Assembly: GCF_004010195.1 (NCBI RefSeq)
Contig: NC_057720.1
Coordinates: forward strand, 3,381,216-3,445,215
DNA: 64,000 bases
Direction: 5' to 3'
Source of the DNA: Chiloscyllium plagiosum
Taxonomy: Eukaryota
Shown: positions 11,991 through 23,985 of the stretch, one piece after another
Layout: the number at the start of each line of letters is the position of its first letter
Position numbering within the stretch: position 1 is the stretch's first letter
Made by a program: the position numbers and the translations under genes
The notes under the pieces: generated by a model
What the model saw: the letters and a program-made list of their open reading frames with translations, nothing else
Told to the model about the DNA's origin: nothing
Database searches by the model: none

Positions 11991-13109
11991 TGTTGTCAGG
12001 TGGAAGGTGGCTATTGATATTTCTCCTGGAAGATATACTTTAGTGGATTGAATACTTCCTTTCCATTATGTTCTCTCTCCTCTCGTCCTGGATTTCTTTT
12101 ATCAATACATTTTGTAAATATATGAATAAAGTGTCTCTGACTCGTAATGGACCATTGTTTTAATGACACAGTGCTTAATTTGTAAACTGAAAGTTAATGA
12201 ATCACTTGTTGATGAGAGTTACTGGTAGCAAGCACAATTTTCTTTACTGATCCTTCCACAGTAAGGTATTTATTTCAAACAAAATGAAAAATATTTTAGC
12301 AAATATCCTACCAACCTTCCTATCCACAGGATAGATTTGAAACTCAGATCCTAAATACAAAAGATCACTGTCATGATTCATTGGACCATTCAGTGCACAT
12401 ACTTGAAATGCTCTTGTACATGAAGATTACAGGTAGAGCATCAAAACCATTCATGGAATGTACTCAAAAGGCGTATCAGTAATATCATAATGTGTTTAAA
12501 CTTTGACAAGATTGGACAAAGATAGATAAAATGTAGGGGGATGAGATGAATATTTCTGAGGTCTCCCTTCCTTATAAAAGAGAAAGAATTATTGTTCAAT
12601 ATAATTTGAATGTTCCTGTTGGCTTCTTGGGTAATTTTACAGCACATTCTGTTCTACAATCTGTCCAACCCCTTTGGTCTCAGTTGCCAAAATTGATCAG
12701 TTATGAATTTCTCCACCCCCTCAGTGTTTGAGGTTACCCACACAGTTGTCTTAGCAATCACCCTTAAATTATCCCTCTCCCCGATACAAGCATAAATCTT
12801 CTGTCATTTTGTAACTTCTTTCTCAGCTCTGACCTCATCCTTTGCTTGAATCCTCAATCTCATGCCCTCAATTTCTTGCCTCCCCTCCATTTTACTTCTC
12901 ACCACTTGTTTTCCTTGCCTCACTATTCCTTTCATTTATCCTCTTCAAAACTAACAGCATTAACTACCCCTTAAGAAGCCCACCTTCAAATTCCATCCCC
13001 TCCATCTACAATTTTGGTTCAGTGACTCCCACCTTTATGTCTGGGTTTAGATTCAAGTACCACTCCAAAAATTTGAGCTGAAGTCATCTTTTATTCCTCA
13101 CCAATATGG

Positions 13110-13285
13110 CTAACAGATTATCTGTCCATTATCACATCACTGATGTGGAATCCTGCTGTGTGCAAATCCTTTGCTATGTTACCTACATCACAACAATGTC
13201 AACATTTTGAATATCCTCTGAAAAGACCTCTGGGATGGGTGGACATCATCAAGGAGTTACGTAAACATACATTCTTTCTTTTATC
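13110..13285 (+). mobile_element. Deu-domain SINE 3' part, decayed
   Basis: gtggaatcctgctgtgtgcaaat...ttacctacatcacaacaatg resembles the DeuSINE 3' region; related to 61100-61265. Confidence 0.5.
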
Positions 13286-13427
13286 TGTAGTGGAGATTTG
13301 ATTTGATTTGACTTATTATTATCACATATACTGAGATACAGTGACAAATCATACCTTACATTTGTACATCAGGGTAATAGAACAGAATGCAGAATATGGT
13401 GCAGAGAAAGATTAACTCTAATATATG

Positions 13428-13903
13428 ATTTGGAGGTGCCGGTGTTGGACTGGGTGTACAAAGTTAAAAATCACACAACACCAGGTTATTGTACAAAGTT
13501 AAAAATCACACAACACCAGGTTATAGTCCAACAGGTTTATTTTGAAGTACTACTTTTCAGAAGGCTGTGGAAAATAAGATCGTAAGACACAGAATTTATA
13601 GCAGAAGTTTACAGTGTGATGTAACTGAACTTAAAATATTGAAAAAGACCTGGATTGTTTGTTAAGTCTCTCACCTTTTAGAATGAGCATGTTGGTTTCA
13701 GTTCTTTCATATGTAAATCACAAAGACAGTGTGAGACTGTCTTTTCCAATATATAATTTCAGTTACATCACACTGTAAACTTCTGCTATAAGTTCTGTGT
13801 CTTATGATCTTATACTCCACAACCACCTGATGAAGGAGCAGCGCTCCGAAAGCTAGTGCTTCCAAATAAACCTGTTGGACTATAACCTGGTGTTGTGTGA
13901 TTT
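13428..13903. mobile_element. PLE-derived fold-back insert, family B, 16-bp TSD
   Basis: Inverted arms ~13497-13650 and ~13740-13909; ttaactctaatatatg at 13412-13427 and 13904-13919; internal 35-bp tandem duplication. Confidence 0.8.
13824..13858 (+). ncRNA. Minimal type-I hammerhead ribozyme motif
   Basis: CAC CTGATGA A GGAGC-AGC-GCTCC GAAA GC TA GTG: intact core, 5-bp stem II, CAC/GTG stem I. Confidence 0.75.
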
Positions 13904-14940
13904 TTAACTCTAATATATGGGTTGCCCATTCTTAAGTCTGATAGCAGCCGGGAAGAAGCTGTTCTTGAATTTGTTGGTATGTATTTTCAAACTTTTATAT
14001 CTTCTGCCCAATGGGAGAGGGTGGAAGAGAGCATAACCAGGGTGGGAGGGATCTTTGGTTATGTTGGCTCCTTTTCCGAGGCAGTGGGATATATAGATAG
14101 AGTCATTGGATGGAAGGCTGGTTTGTGTGATGGACTGGGCTGCGTTCACAACTCTGTAATTTCTTGTGGTTTTGGGCAGAGATGTTGCCATACCAAGCTG
14201 TGATACATCTGGATAAGATGCTTTCTATGCTGCATCTATAAAAATTGGTAAGAATCATGTGGATGTGCCAAATTTCCTGCGCCTTCTGAGGAAATAGAGG
14301 CATTGGTGTGCTTCTTGACTGTACCATCAATGTGCATGGACCATGAGAGATTGTTGGTGACATTTAGTCTGAGGAACCTGAAGCTCTCGACTACCTCCTT
14401 CAGTGTCATTGAAACACACGGGGTGTGCCCTCCACTCCGCTTCTGAAATCAATGACCAGCTCCTACATTTCTCTGACATAGAGGGAGAGGTTGTTGTCTT
14501 TACACCAGACCACTAAGCTCTCTATCCCTTTCCTGTACTCTGTCTCATCATTGTTTGAGTTCTGATCCACTACAGGGGTGTTGTCAGTAAATTTGTAAAT
14601 TGAGGTGGAGCCAAATTTGGCCACACAATAATGAGTGTCTAAGGACAATGGTAAAGGACTGAGTACACAGCTTTGTGGGGCACTGATGTTGAGGATTAGG
14701 GTGGAGGAGGTGTTGTTAGCTGTTCTTACTGATTGCAGTCTGCAGGTTAGGAAGTCAAGGATCCAGTTAGAGGGGGGAGCCGAGTCCTGGGTGTTGGAGT
14801 TTAGAGATGAATTTTGTTACAATAATGGGTTGAAGGTGGAGCTAAAGTCAATAAATAGGAGTGTGATGTAGGTATCCCGGTCATCCAGATGTTCCAGGAA
14901 TGAGTGTAGGACCAGGGAGATGGTGCCTACCATAGATCTA

Positions 14941-15882
14941 TTCAGTAAGGCGTTCGACAAGGTTCCCCATGGGAGACTGGTTAGCAAGGTTAGATCTCAT
15001 GGAATACAGGGAGAACTAACCATTTGGATACAGAATTGGCTCAAAGGTAGAAGACAGAGGGTGGTGGTGGAGGGTTGTTTATCAGACTGGAGGCCTGTGA
15101 CCAGTGGAGTGCCACAAGGATCGATGCTGGGTCCTCTACTTTTTGTCATTTATATAAATGATTTGGATGCGAGCATAAGAGGTACAGTTAGTAAGTTTGC
15201 AGATGACACCAACATTGGAGGTGTAGTGGACAGCGAAAAGGGTTATCTCAGATTACAACAGGATCTGGACCAAATGGACCAATGGGCTGAGAAGTGGCAG
15301 ATGGAGTTTAATTTAGATAAAGCCACTGTTGGAATATTGTGTGCAATTCTGGTCTCCTTCCTATCAGAAAGATGTAGTGAAACTTGTAAGGGTTCAGAAA
15401 AGATTTACAAGGATGTTGCCAGGATTGGAGGATTTGAGCTACCGGGAGAAGCTTAACAGGCTAGGGCTGTTTTCCCTGGAGCGTTGGAGGCTGAGGGGTG
15501 ACCTTATCGAGGTTTACAAAATTATGAGGGGCATGGATAGGGTAAATAGACAAAGTCTTTTCCCTGGGGCCGGGGAGTCCAGAACTCGAGGGCATAGGTT
15601 TAGGGTGAGAGGGGAAAGATATAAAAGAGGCCTACGGGGCAACATTTTCACACGGAGAGTGATACGTGTACGGAATGAGCTGCCAGAAGACGTTGTGGAG
15701 GCTGGTACAATTGCAACATTTAAGAGGCATTTGGATGGGTATATGAATAGAAAGGGTTTGGAGGGATATGGGCCGGGTGCTGGCAGGTGGGACAAGATTG
15801 GGTAGGGATATCTGGTCGGCATGGACGGGTTGGACCAAAGGGTCTGTTTCCATGTTGTACATCTCTATGACTCTATGACTCT
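14941..15882 (+). mobile_element. Young CR1 with internal deletion, nested in Rex1
   Basis: ORF 14920-15456 (FSKAFDKVPH, GVPQGS, KFADD); deletion junction aatttagataaa|gccactg; (atgactct)n tail. Confidence 0.93.
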
Positions 15883-16721
15883 ACTGCAATGATAGGTGAA
15901 TTGTAGTAGATCAAAGCACTCTGGGAGGCTGGAGTTTGATGAGTGCCATTACTAACCTCTCAAAGCACTTCAAATGACGGATTTCAGAATTACTGGATGA
16001 TAGTCATTAAGGCACACTGCCTGACTTTTCCTCGGCACTGGGATGGTAGTGGTCTTCCTGAAGCAGGTTGGAACCTCACATCATAATAAGGAGAGGTTAA
16101 AAATGTCTGCAAATACACCCGCCAACTGATTCATGCAGAATCTGGGGACTCCATCCGGGTGAATCACTTTCCTTGGTTTCACTTTCAAGAAAGGCAACTT
16201 AACCCCTGTGGCAGTGATTGTGGGTACAGGTGCATCCAAGGCTGTTGGTGCAAGTGACATCATTTCACTGTCTTTCTGTTCAAAAAGGGCTCATTGGGGA
16301 GGGATGCATTGTTATCAACTTCGCTTTATAGTCTGTTATATCATGTAAGCCTTGCCACAGTTGACATACGTTCACGTGGGTAGTCTAGAACTCCGGGTTA
16401 TTCTGGTATTGTCTCTTGGGGTTCCTGATTGCTTTGCAAAGATCCTACCTAGATTTTCTGTATAGGACAGGGTCAGACGACTTGAACACTTCAAATCTGG
16501 ACTTCAGTAGGGAGTGGATCATCCACTTCATCCATGGTTTCTGGTTGGGGAACACTTGGATTGACTTCTTTGGCAGGCAGTCCCCTACACGATTACAGAG
16601 GTAGTCTGTGATGGCATACTCATTTAGGTTGACTGCTGAGTTGTTGAATGTGGACCAGTCTGACCGACACCAAGGAGTAGGAACTCATCTGTTACCTCAG
16701 ACCAGTACTGTACAGGATCCT

Positions 16722-17390
16722 CATCCTTGAAAATAGAGTCGCAGACAGAAAGGATAGTGAAGAAGGCATTTGGTATGGTTTCCTTTATTGGTCAGAGTAT
16801 TGAGTACAGGAGTTAAGAGGTCAGCTGTATAGGACATGGTTAGGCTACTTTTGGAATATTGTGTGCAGTTCTGCTCTCCTTCGTACCGGAAGGATGTTGT
16901 GAAACTCAAAAGAGTTCAGAAAAGATTTACAAGGGTTGGAGGATTTGAGCTATAGGGAGAGGCTGAACAGGCTGGGGCTGTTTTCCCTGGAGCATTGGAC
17001 GCTGAGGTGTGACCTTATAGAGGTTTATAAAATCAGGAGGGTCATGGATAGAGTAAATAGCCAAGGTGTTTTCCCTGGAGTGGGGAAGTCCAGAACTTGA
17101 GGGCATAGATTTAGGGTGAGAGGGGAAAGAAATAAAAGGGACCTAAGGGGTAACTTTTTCACACAGAGAGTGGTAGTGTATGGAATGAGCTGCCAGAGTA
17201 GGTGGTGGAGGCTGGTACAATTACAGCATTAAAGAGGCCTTTGGATGGGTTTATGAATAGGAAGGGTTTGGAGAGATATGGGCCGGGTGCTGGCAGGTGG
17301 GACCGGACTAGGTTAGGATATCTGGTCGGCATGGACGAGTTGGACCAAAGGGTCTGTTTTCATGCTGTACATCTCTGTGACTCTATGACT
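16722..17390 (+). mobile_element. CR1 3' fragment
   Basis: Collinear with other CR1 copies; tail ctctgtgactctatgact. Confidence 0.9.
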
Positions 17391-17709
17391 CAAAATGGAT
17401 ATGGAGAATGCATATTGGGCAATATTCTCCTCCTGACCCCAATCACCAACATTTTGCGGAGAGTCTATTCATGGGCATACATACAGGATGACGAGAGATT
17501 GACTGTAATAGATCCAATAGATGACACTTGGGGTTGAATTTGACAAGGCATCATGTTCTTCATTCACTGCTGCCATCTTGGGAACCCATGCATTAATACC
17601 CTGGCTGCCTAACAGGCAATGTTATGTTCTGTGGGGAATTAATTGGCTCAAGTTAAGACTTCTACCCAAATGTGGGGAAGATGTTCTGCCCTTGAAATCA
17701 CATCCCTAA

Positions 17710-18048
17710 TGATTTGGAGATGCCGGTGTTGGACTGGGGTGTACAAAGTTAAAAATCACACATTACCAGGTTATAGTCCAACAAGTTAATTGGAAGCACT
17801 AGCTTTCGGAGCGCCATTCCTTCATCAGGTGGTTATACATAACTGAAAGCTAGTGCTTCCAATTAAACTTGTTGTACTGTAACCTGGTAATATGTGATTT
17901 TTAACTTTGAACATTCCTGATGAAGAGCTTATGCTCAAAACATCGAGAATCTTCTGCTCCTCGGATGCTGCCTGATCGGCTGTGCTTTTCCAGCACCACA
18001 CTCTCGACTCTGATCTCCAGTGTCTGCAGTCCTCACTTTCTCCTGCCT
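17710..18048. mobile_element. Composite PLE-derived insert: family B fold-back joined to a family A unit
   Basis: Inverted arms ~17746-17807 and ~17845-17908; family A unit at 17911-18048. Confidence 0.75.
17797..17831 (-). ncRNA. Hammerhead motif, family B (stem II partly mismatched)
   Basis: Reverse complement reads cac ctgatga a ggaatggcgctcc gaaa gc ta gtg. Confidence 0.6.
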
Positions 18049-18407
18049 GTGAGATCTGTTGACTAACCTGATTGGCTGGCACTGTCTGTAGTCTCAGCAG
18101 CGCCAGGTTTGAATAGTAGCCACTACCGGGACTGCAGCCAGCCTCCAAACAAGTGAAGGTTATGGAGACTGGACTAAAGGTAAGTGTGAGGTATTGGTTG
18201 GGCCTGCTGAAAGGCTGTAGGCAGCTGTGGCAGTGGGTGATGGAGGGAATTATGAGGGAAGCAGGAGAGAAGGTTTGAGAGGCTGGAGATGGAGGGTTAA
18301 ATGGGAAGTGGGGGTCAGGAAGACTTTGTATGCTGATGTTGTCAATGGGCACAGGGACTCCTGCCTCATCCCTTCTAACCAAACATCAGCTTGCCCAGTA
18401 AAACCAG

Positions 18408-18616
18408 GAGAAAGTGAGGACTGCAGATGCTGGAGGTCAGAGTCGAAGAGTGTGATGCTGGAAAAGCACAGCAGGTCAGGCAGCATCCAAGGAACAGGAG
18501 AGTTGATGTTTTGGGCAAAAGCCCTTCATCATGATGAAGTGCTTATGCCGGAATCGTCAACTCTCCTGGTCCTTGGATGCTGCCTGACTGGCTGTGCTTT
18601 TCCAGCACTACACTCT
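18408..18616. mobile_element. PLE-derived head-to-head fold-back insert, family A, 17-bp TSD
   Basis: ttgcccagtaaaaccag at 18391-18407 and 18617-18633; arms meet at cttcatca|tgatgaag. Confidence 0.85.
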
Positions 18617-19407
18617 TTGCCCAGTAAAACCAGCCAGAGTACCTTGAGGTCTTGGCTTCCCCTTACCACTAAGCAGCCTCAATAAGCCCAGAGGTGAGCA
18701 GACTGCCTGATACTCAGCAGCCCCCTGTGAAATGTGAGATAGGTCCAAGCGGGTGAGTGGGCAGCCTGTTTCCTTCAAACACCCCAATGGGGGCCATAAA
18801 CACCCAGCCAGAGTCTAGTTTGTGCTTTGACTCTGAACAGCTGATAACACATTAGCGGGTAGAATTATCCCACAGAAACATCTCCAATTAAAGAATCAAC
18901 ATCTTTAAAAGTACAGAAATGTAAAGTCGTACAGTACAGAAAGAGGATACTCAGACCATTGAGTTGGCTGTACAATTCACTGAGATCATGGCTGATCTGT
19001 ATCTTAACTCCATCCGCCTGTTTTGACTCGACATCCTTTTAGACTTTTCTCTTGTAAATATTTATCAATCTTTGATCTTAAACCATTAGTTGAGCTTACA
19101 GTTATAGCCTTTTGTGGGAATGAGGTCCACACTTCTCCCATCCTTTGTATGATGAAGTATTTGCTAACTTCCCTGAGTAGTCTGGCTCTGATGTCATGTC
19201 TCCTCGCTCGATTACCTCATGAGCAAACAACACTTTTTCTCAATTTAGCTCATTAATTTCTTCCAAATTCCTGAAATCCATACTCATGCTACTACTAAAA
19301 CACCTACATTTCAGAAAGAACCTTCTTGTTCATATAATCTCTGTGTAAAATCTAGTCCTTGGAGCCCAAGTAACAATGTAGTGAATCTGCACTGACTGTT
19401 TCCAAGG

Positions 19408-19645
19408 GCTGGATCAGTGGTGCTGGAAGAGCACAGCAATTCAGGCAGCATCCGAAGACAGGCAAAATCGACGTTTCGGGCAAAAGCCCTTCATCAGGAA
19501 TATTCTTGTAGAGAGAGGAGGAAAACGTCTTCAAGGCAGGCATCCTTGCAAGAGGATTCGCAGTAGGGTTAAAATCAACGAGGTAAAAACAATGACTGCA
19601 GATGCTGGAAACCAGATTCTGGATCAGTGGTGCTGGAAGAGCACT
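19408..19645 (-). mobile_element. PLE-derived family A partial tandem pseudo-LTR
   Basis: ctggatcagtggtgctggaagagcac occurs at both ends as a direct repeat; contains a hammerhead motif. Confidence 0.75.
19466..19500 (-). ncRNA. Minimal type-I hammerhead ribozyme motif, family A
   Basis: Reverse complement reads TTC CTGATGA A GGGC-TTTT-GCCC GAAA CG TC GATT (GUC cleavage triplet). Confidence 0.75.
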
Positions 19646-21002
19646 ATTCTTTCTAAAGTGCAGTGCCCAGTACTCTAGATATGGTCTAATCAAGTTTACA
19701 GCTGGGATGTCACTTATTCAGTCGAAGGAAACACAGATCAATTAATTCAGGTTAGAGGGACAAGAGTGCAAATCAGTTTTACTTGTACTTTCTGCGCTGC
19801 AACAGACCCTGAATGTAGCTGTCAAACTGGTCCAACAGGATTATATCCCCTGCAGGCTTTGACCTGCACTCAGATGAAAGACCTGATTTGACCTGCCATG
19901 CATGCACATCCAGACGACTCCAAAACAACACTCACCTCTTATCTACGCTTGCCATTTTTCAGCTGATGTTTGCATCAAGAGATTCATTTAAAACACTTCT
20001 GATCATAGAATAATCTAAATGCTGGTAAGCACCTAATTAAATATTGAAATAAAATTATAAAATGCCAGGAATCAGCATGTCAGAAAATGTCTGTGTTACA
20101 AGACAGACAGAATCCAACATCTAATGTCATTTTCAACATAATGGCTTATTGTGTTTGACCAAGCTTAAACAACGAGATTTTATCTCAGTCAAAATCCATT
20201 CACTTACACAGGGTTAAGATTAGACTGATCATCTTTGCACCGGAGACACGCAGAGAAATAAACAAGATTCCCTGTGTTCCCCAGATAGACAGGTAACCAA
20301 CCTTGACCCTCTCATATCTAGCACTCTGTAAACTATAAAGGAAACCTTCATAGGGCCATTTCTCATGAGCACAGTCATTTCTGATTTATCACGGCAAAAC
20401 CAGTCTAACTGTGACCAAGGCTTGAGATATTTCGCCAGCTGCCTGCTGTAGAATGTTACTCTGCTGTAGAACAAGCAGAGAAATCAGAGGAAGAGTAGGA
20501 CAATATCCCCTTGAATCTGCTCCAGTGAACCAGGACTCAGCTCCACTTTCCTGCCCGGATTCCCTTAGCCTGGACTCTCCTGGTATTCAAAAATTCATTA
20601 ATCCTGGTTTGGAATGTACTCAATGACTGCACGTCCATAGTATTCTGTTGTCATAGACTCATAGAGGTGTACAGCATGGAAACAGACTCTTTGGTCCAAC
20701 TTGTCCATGCCAACCAGATATCCTAAATTAATCTAGTCCCATTTGCCAGCATTTGGCCCAAATTCCTCTAAACCCATCCTATTCATATTCCCATCCAGAT
20801 GCCTTTTAAATGTTGCAACTGCACCAACCTCCAACACTTCCTCTGGCAGCTCATTCCATATATGTACCACCCTCTGCACGAAAAGATTATAAGACCATAA
20901 GTTATAGGAGCAGAAATTAGACCATTCAGCCCATCAAGTCTGCTCCACCATTCAATCATGGCTGATAAGTTTCTCAACCCCACTCTCCCACTTTCTCCCT
21001 AT

Positions 21003-21350
21003 TGTTATGAAAGTGTAGACGTGCACTGTACCTTTAAGAGAGTTCAAAGCGAGCAGAACTACCAGACAGCACCATCTGAACAAGATACAATGTAACGTTT
21101 TGGGCCAGCAGCTAGTGTAGCTGGCTGCCTGGAGACAAAAACAAATTTGAATTAGGCAAATCAGTTTAAATTATACCCCGAAAAGTACCAAACTCCAATT
21201 AAGTTTGAATTGAGTATATTGGCAACATTAAAAAACAATGACACAATCCTATTCTTTGGGGTAAAACATGAACAGCTGAGAGAGAACTGCCATGCCACCA
21301 GTTTGTACAGACTGCCCAAAACATAGCTCTCTTAAAAGTACCTTTATCAG
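21003..21350. mobile_element. LTR-like fragment inserted in CR1
   Basis: Begins TGTTATG, is unrelated to the flanking CR1, and the CR1 resumes at ~21440. Confidence 0.35.
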
Positions 21351-21430
21351 GATGTAGGTTTGCTTGCTGAGTTGGAAGGTTCATTTTTGGACTTTTCATC
21401 ACCATACTAGGTAACATCTTCAGTGGGACT
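21350..21430 (-). mobile_element. Penelope pseudo-LTR stub with decayed hammerhead, family D
   Basis: Matches 45771-45846; reverse complement ctgaagatgttacctagtatggtgatgaaaagtc. Confidence 0.7.
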
Positions 21431-21981
21431 CCAGTTACCTCCCTGTAAACCTGGATTCCCTTAATACTCAAGAACTTATCCATCTCAGTCTTAAATATAC
21501 TCAATGACCAGGTTTCCACAGCCTTCTGTGACAGTAAATTCCATTGATTCACTGCTCTCTGACTGAAGAAGTTTCGCCTTATCTCCATTCTAAAAGGTTT
21601 ACCCTAAAGCTGTGCCCATGGGTCCTAGTCTCTCCTACCAGTGGAAACATCTTCCCAACATCTACTCTGTCCAAGCCATTCAGTATTCTGTATGATTCAA
21701 TTAGATACCCCCTCCATTGACTATAAATCCAGAGTCCTCAAACATTCCTCATATATTAAACTGTTCATTCCTTGGACCATTTTCGTGAACCTCCTCTGAA
21801 CATCCTGCAGGGCCAGTACATCCTTCCTGAGATATGGGGTCCAAACTGTGCACAATACTCCAAATGTAGTCTGACCAGAGCCTTATAGAGCCTCAGAAGT
21901 ACATCCCTGCTTTTATATTCAAGTCCTCTCAAAATAAATGCAATCATTGCATTTGCCTTCCTAACTACTGACTCAACTTGC

Positions 21982-22101
21982 TGAAGGGCTTTTGCCCAAA
22001 ACGTTGACACTCCTGCTCCTCGGATGCTGCCTGACCTGCTGTACTTTTGCATCACCACACTCTTGACTCTAATCTCCAACATCTGCAGTCCTCACTTTTG
22101 C
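21982..22101 (+). mobile_element. PLE-derived family A stub, 17-bp TSD
   Basis: ctactgactcaacttgc (21965-21981) and ctactgactcaacctgc (22102-22118). Confidence 0.8.
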
Positions 22102-23494
22102 CTACTGACTCAACCTGCCGGTTGACTTGAGAGAATCCTGGACTAGAACTCCCAAGTCCCTTTGCACTGCAGACTTCTGAATTTTCTCCCCATTTAGAAA
22201 ATAGTCCATGCCTCTGTTCTTTCTACCAAAGTGCATGACCTCACACTTTCTCACATTGTACTGCATCTGCCACTTCTTTGCCCATTGTCTTAACCTGTCC
22301 AAATCCTTCTGCAGTCTCCCCACCTCCTCAATGCTACCTGTCCCTCCACCTATCTTTGTATCATCTGCAAACTTACCCAAAATGCCCTTAGTTCCTTCAT
22401 TCAGATCATTAATGTATAAAGTGAAAAGTTGTGGTCCCATCACTGAGCCTTGTGGAACACCACTTGTCACTGGCTGCCATCCTAAGAAGGATCCTTTTAT
22501 CCCCACTCTCTGCTTTCTGCCAGACAGCCAAGCTTCTATCCATGCCAGTACCTTGCCTCTAACACCATGAGCCCTTACCTTACTCAGTTGCTTCCAATGT
22601 GGCACCTTGTCAAAGGCCTTCTTGAAGTCCCAGTCGATAACATTTATTGGCTCTCCTTGGTCAAACTTGCTCGTTACTTCCTCAAAGAAATTTGCCCCTT
22701 AGGTCCCTTTTCAATCTTTCCCCTCCCAATTTAACCTATGCCCTCTAGCTTTTTACTCCCCCAATCCAGGGAAAAGAACGTAGTTATTCACCCTATTCGT
22801 GCTCCTCATGATTGTATAAACCTCTAGAAGGTCACCCCTCAGCCTCCAACACTCCAGGGAAAACAGCCCTATAGCTCAAATCCTTCAACTCTGGTAACAT
22901 CCTTGTAAATCTTTTCTGCACCATTTCAAGTTTTACAATACTTTCCTTTAGCAGGGAGACCAGAATTGAATGCAGTATTGCAAAGGTGGTCTCACCAATG
23001 CCCTGTATAGCCACAACATGACCTCCTAACTCCTGTACTCAATGCACTGAACAATTAAGGCAAGCATACCAAATGGAATGAATGATGGAGCAGGCCCAGG
23101 GGGCCCAACAGCCTCTTCCTATCGATTGGACTCAGACAGGAGCAGGCAGTTATGGAAACTGATGTTTTCTTTGAGGTAAGGATCGTTGTCACAGTTTGGA
23201 TTTCCAGAAAGGAAAGTATTTCTACTTACATCCCTCAAAATTGAAAAATTATTCATCATTGATGTGAAGTAATTCCAAATCTGTCCTGACACAGATATAA
23301 AACAGCAATGTTTTTATAGCTCTTATCAACATGTAAAACATAAGAAAAACAGAAATAGTCTAAGTAACTAAAATTAATTCTTAAAACGATGAGAGTCTAA
23401 GCAGTGAATCACCTCTGTCTTTCTAGTTTACATCTATTACAAAGAAATGAGACTGTTCAATCCTTTCCTCGAAACAAGCAGGAACCTTAGCTCA

Positions 23495-23670
23495 TAATAA
23501 AACAAAGAACTGCCGATGCTGGAGATCTGGAACAAAAACAGAAACTGCTGGTGAAACTCAGCCGGTCAGAACAGATAAAAGAGTCACCAGACTTGAAACT
23601 TAACTCTGCTTTCTCCCCATAGATGTTGCCAGACCTTCTGAGTTTCATAAGTAATTTCTGGTTTCGTTGT
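23495..23670. mobile_element. PLE-derived family C fold-back, decayed (other family C stubs near 24360, 26670, 28885, 55535, 60955)
   Basis: Minus-strand arm followed by plus-strand arm of the agatgctgccagacctgctgagtttctccagca repeat. Confidence 0.6.
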
Positions 23671-23699
23671 GTAATCTTAGCCTATTGTGTGTACCCAGT

Positions 23700-23985
23700 T
23701 CCCATATTGTTTTGTTCCCGGAGTTTTTGAAACACTTCCTTTGCCCTCCTCTTGTTTGAGTGCCTTCCTTGAACTGGTCAGAGAAGCTTTGCTTTGGCTA
23801 GTTGGAACTCAGGCATCCTAAGCACGTGGCTGGCCCTGTAGAGTTAGCTTTGTATGATCACAGCCTCGATACTGGTGCTATTGGCTGATGTTCCCACGCG
23901 CATCCTCCAAGTTGATGTGGAGCATCTGTCTCAAAGAGTGCGGACTGTACTTCTTCAAGGCCTTGAAGTGATTGAAGTAGAACAC
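23700..23985 (-). mobile_element. RTE-clade LINE C-terminal remnant
   Basis: HFKALKKY..SLRQMLHINLED; TSIEAVIIQ; HVLRMP; QFKEGTQTRGGQRKCFK. Confidence 0.8.

Larger units (their letters stand above)
13296..16715 (-). mobile_element. Long Rex1/Babar LINE remnant (linker, RT and 3' tail) with nested inserts
   Basis: ORFs 13910-14191, 14103-14363 (LTNFYRCSIESIL), 14463-14648 (IYKFTDNT), 16081-16263 (QLAGVFADIFNLSL); (ATTTG)n tail at 13296. Confidence 0.88.
20650..23075 (-). mobile_element. Cluster of three CR1 fragments (20650-20885, 20886-22690, 22692-23075)
   Basis: ORF 22102-22605 (GVPQGSVMGP, KFADDTK); ORF 21765-22082 (LVRLHLEYCAQF); different tails (gtcatagactcatag; ataagaccataag). Confidence 0.88.

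Noticed and set aside
17825..18685. Overlapping 185-aa and 152-aa ORFs
   Set aside because: They are chimeric read-throughs of PLE-derived inserts and flanking sequence
19691..19890. ~66-codon stop-free frame with several cysteines
   Set aside because: No start codon, convincing splice context or domain similarity
23136..23175. Possible micro-exon (cag|...gag|gtaagg; EQAVMETDVFFE); similar candidates near 38199-38235 and 60008-60067
   Set aside because: Only splice-like dinucleotides with weak acceptors and no recognisable protein; RNA-seq would be needed
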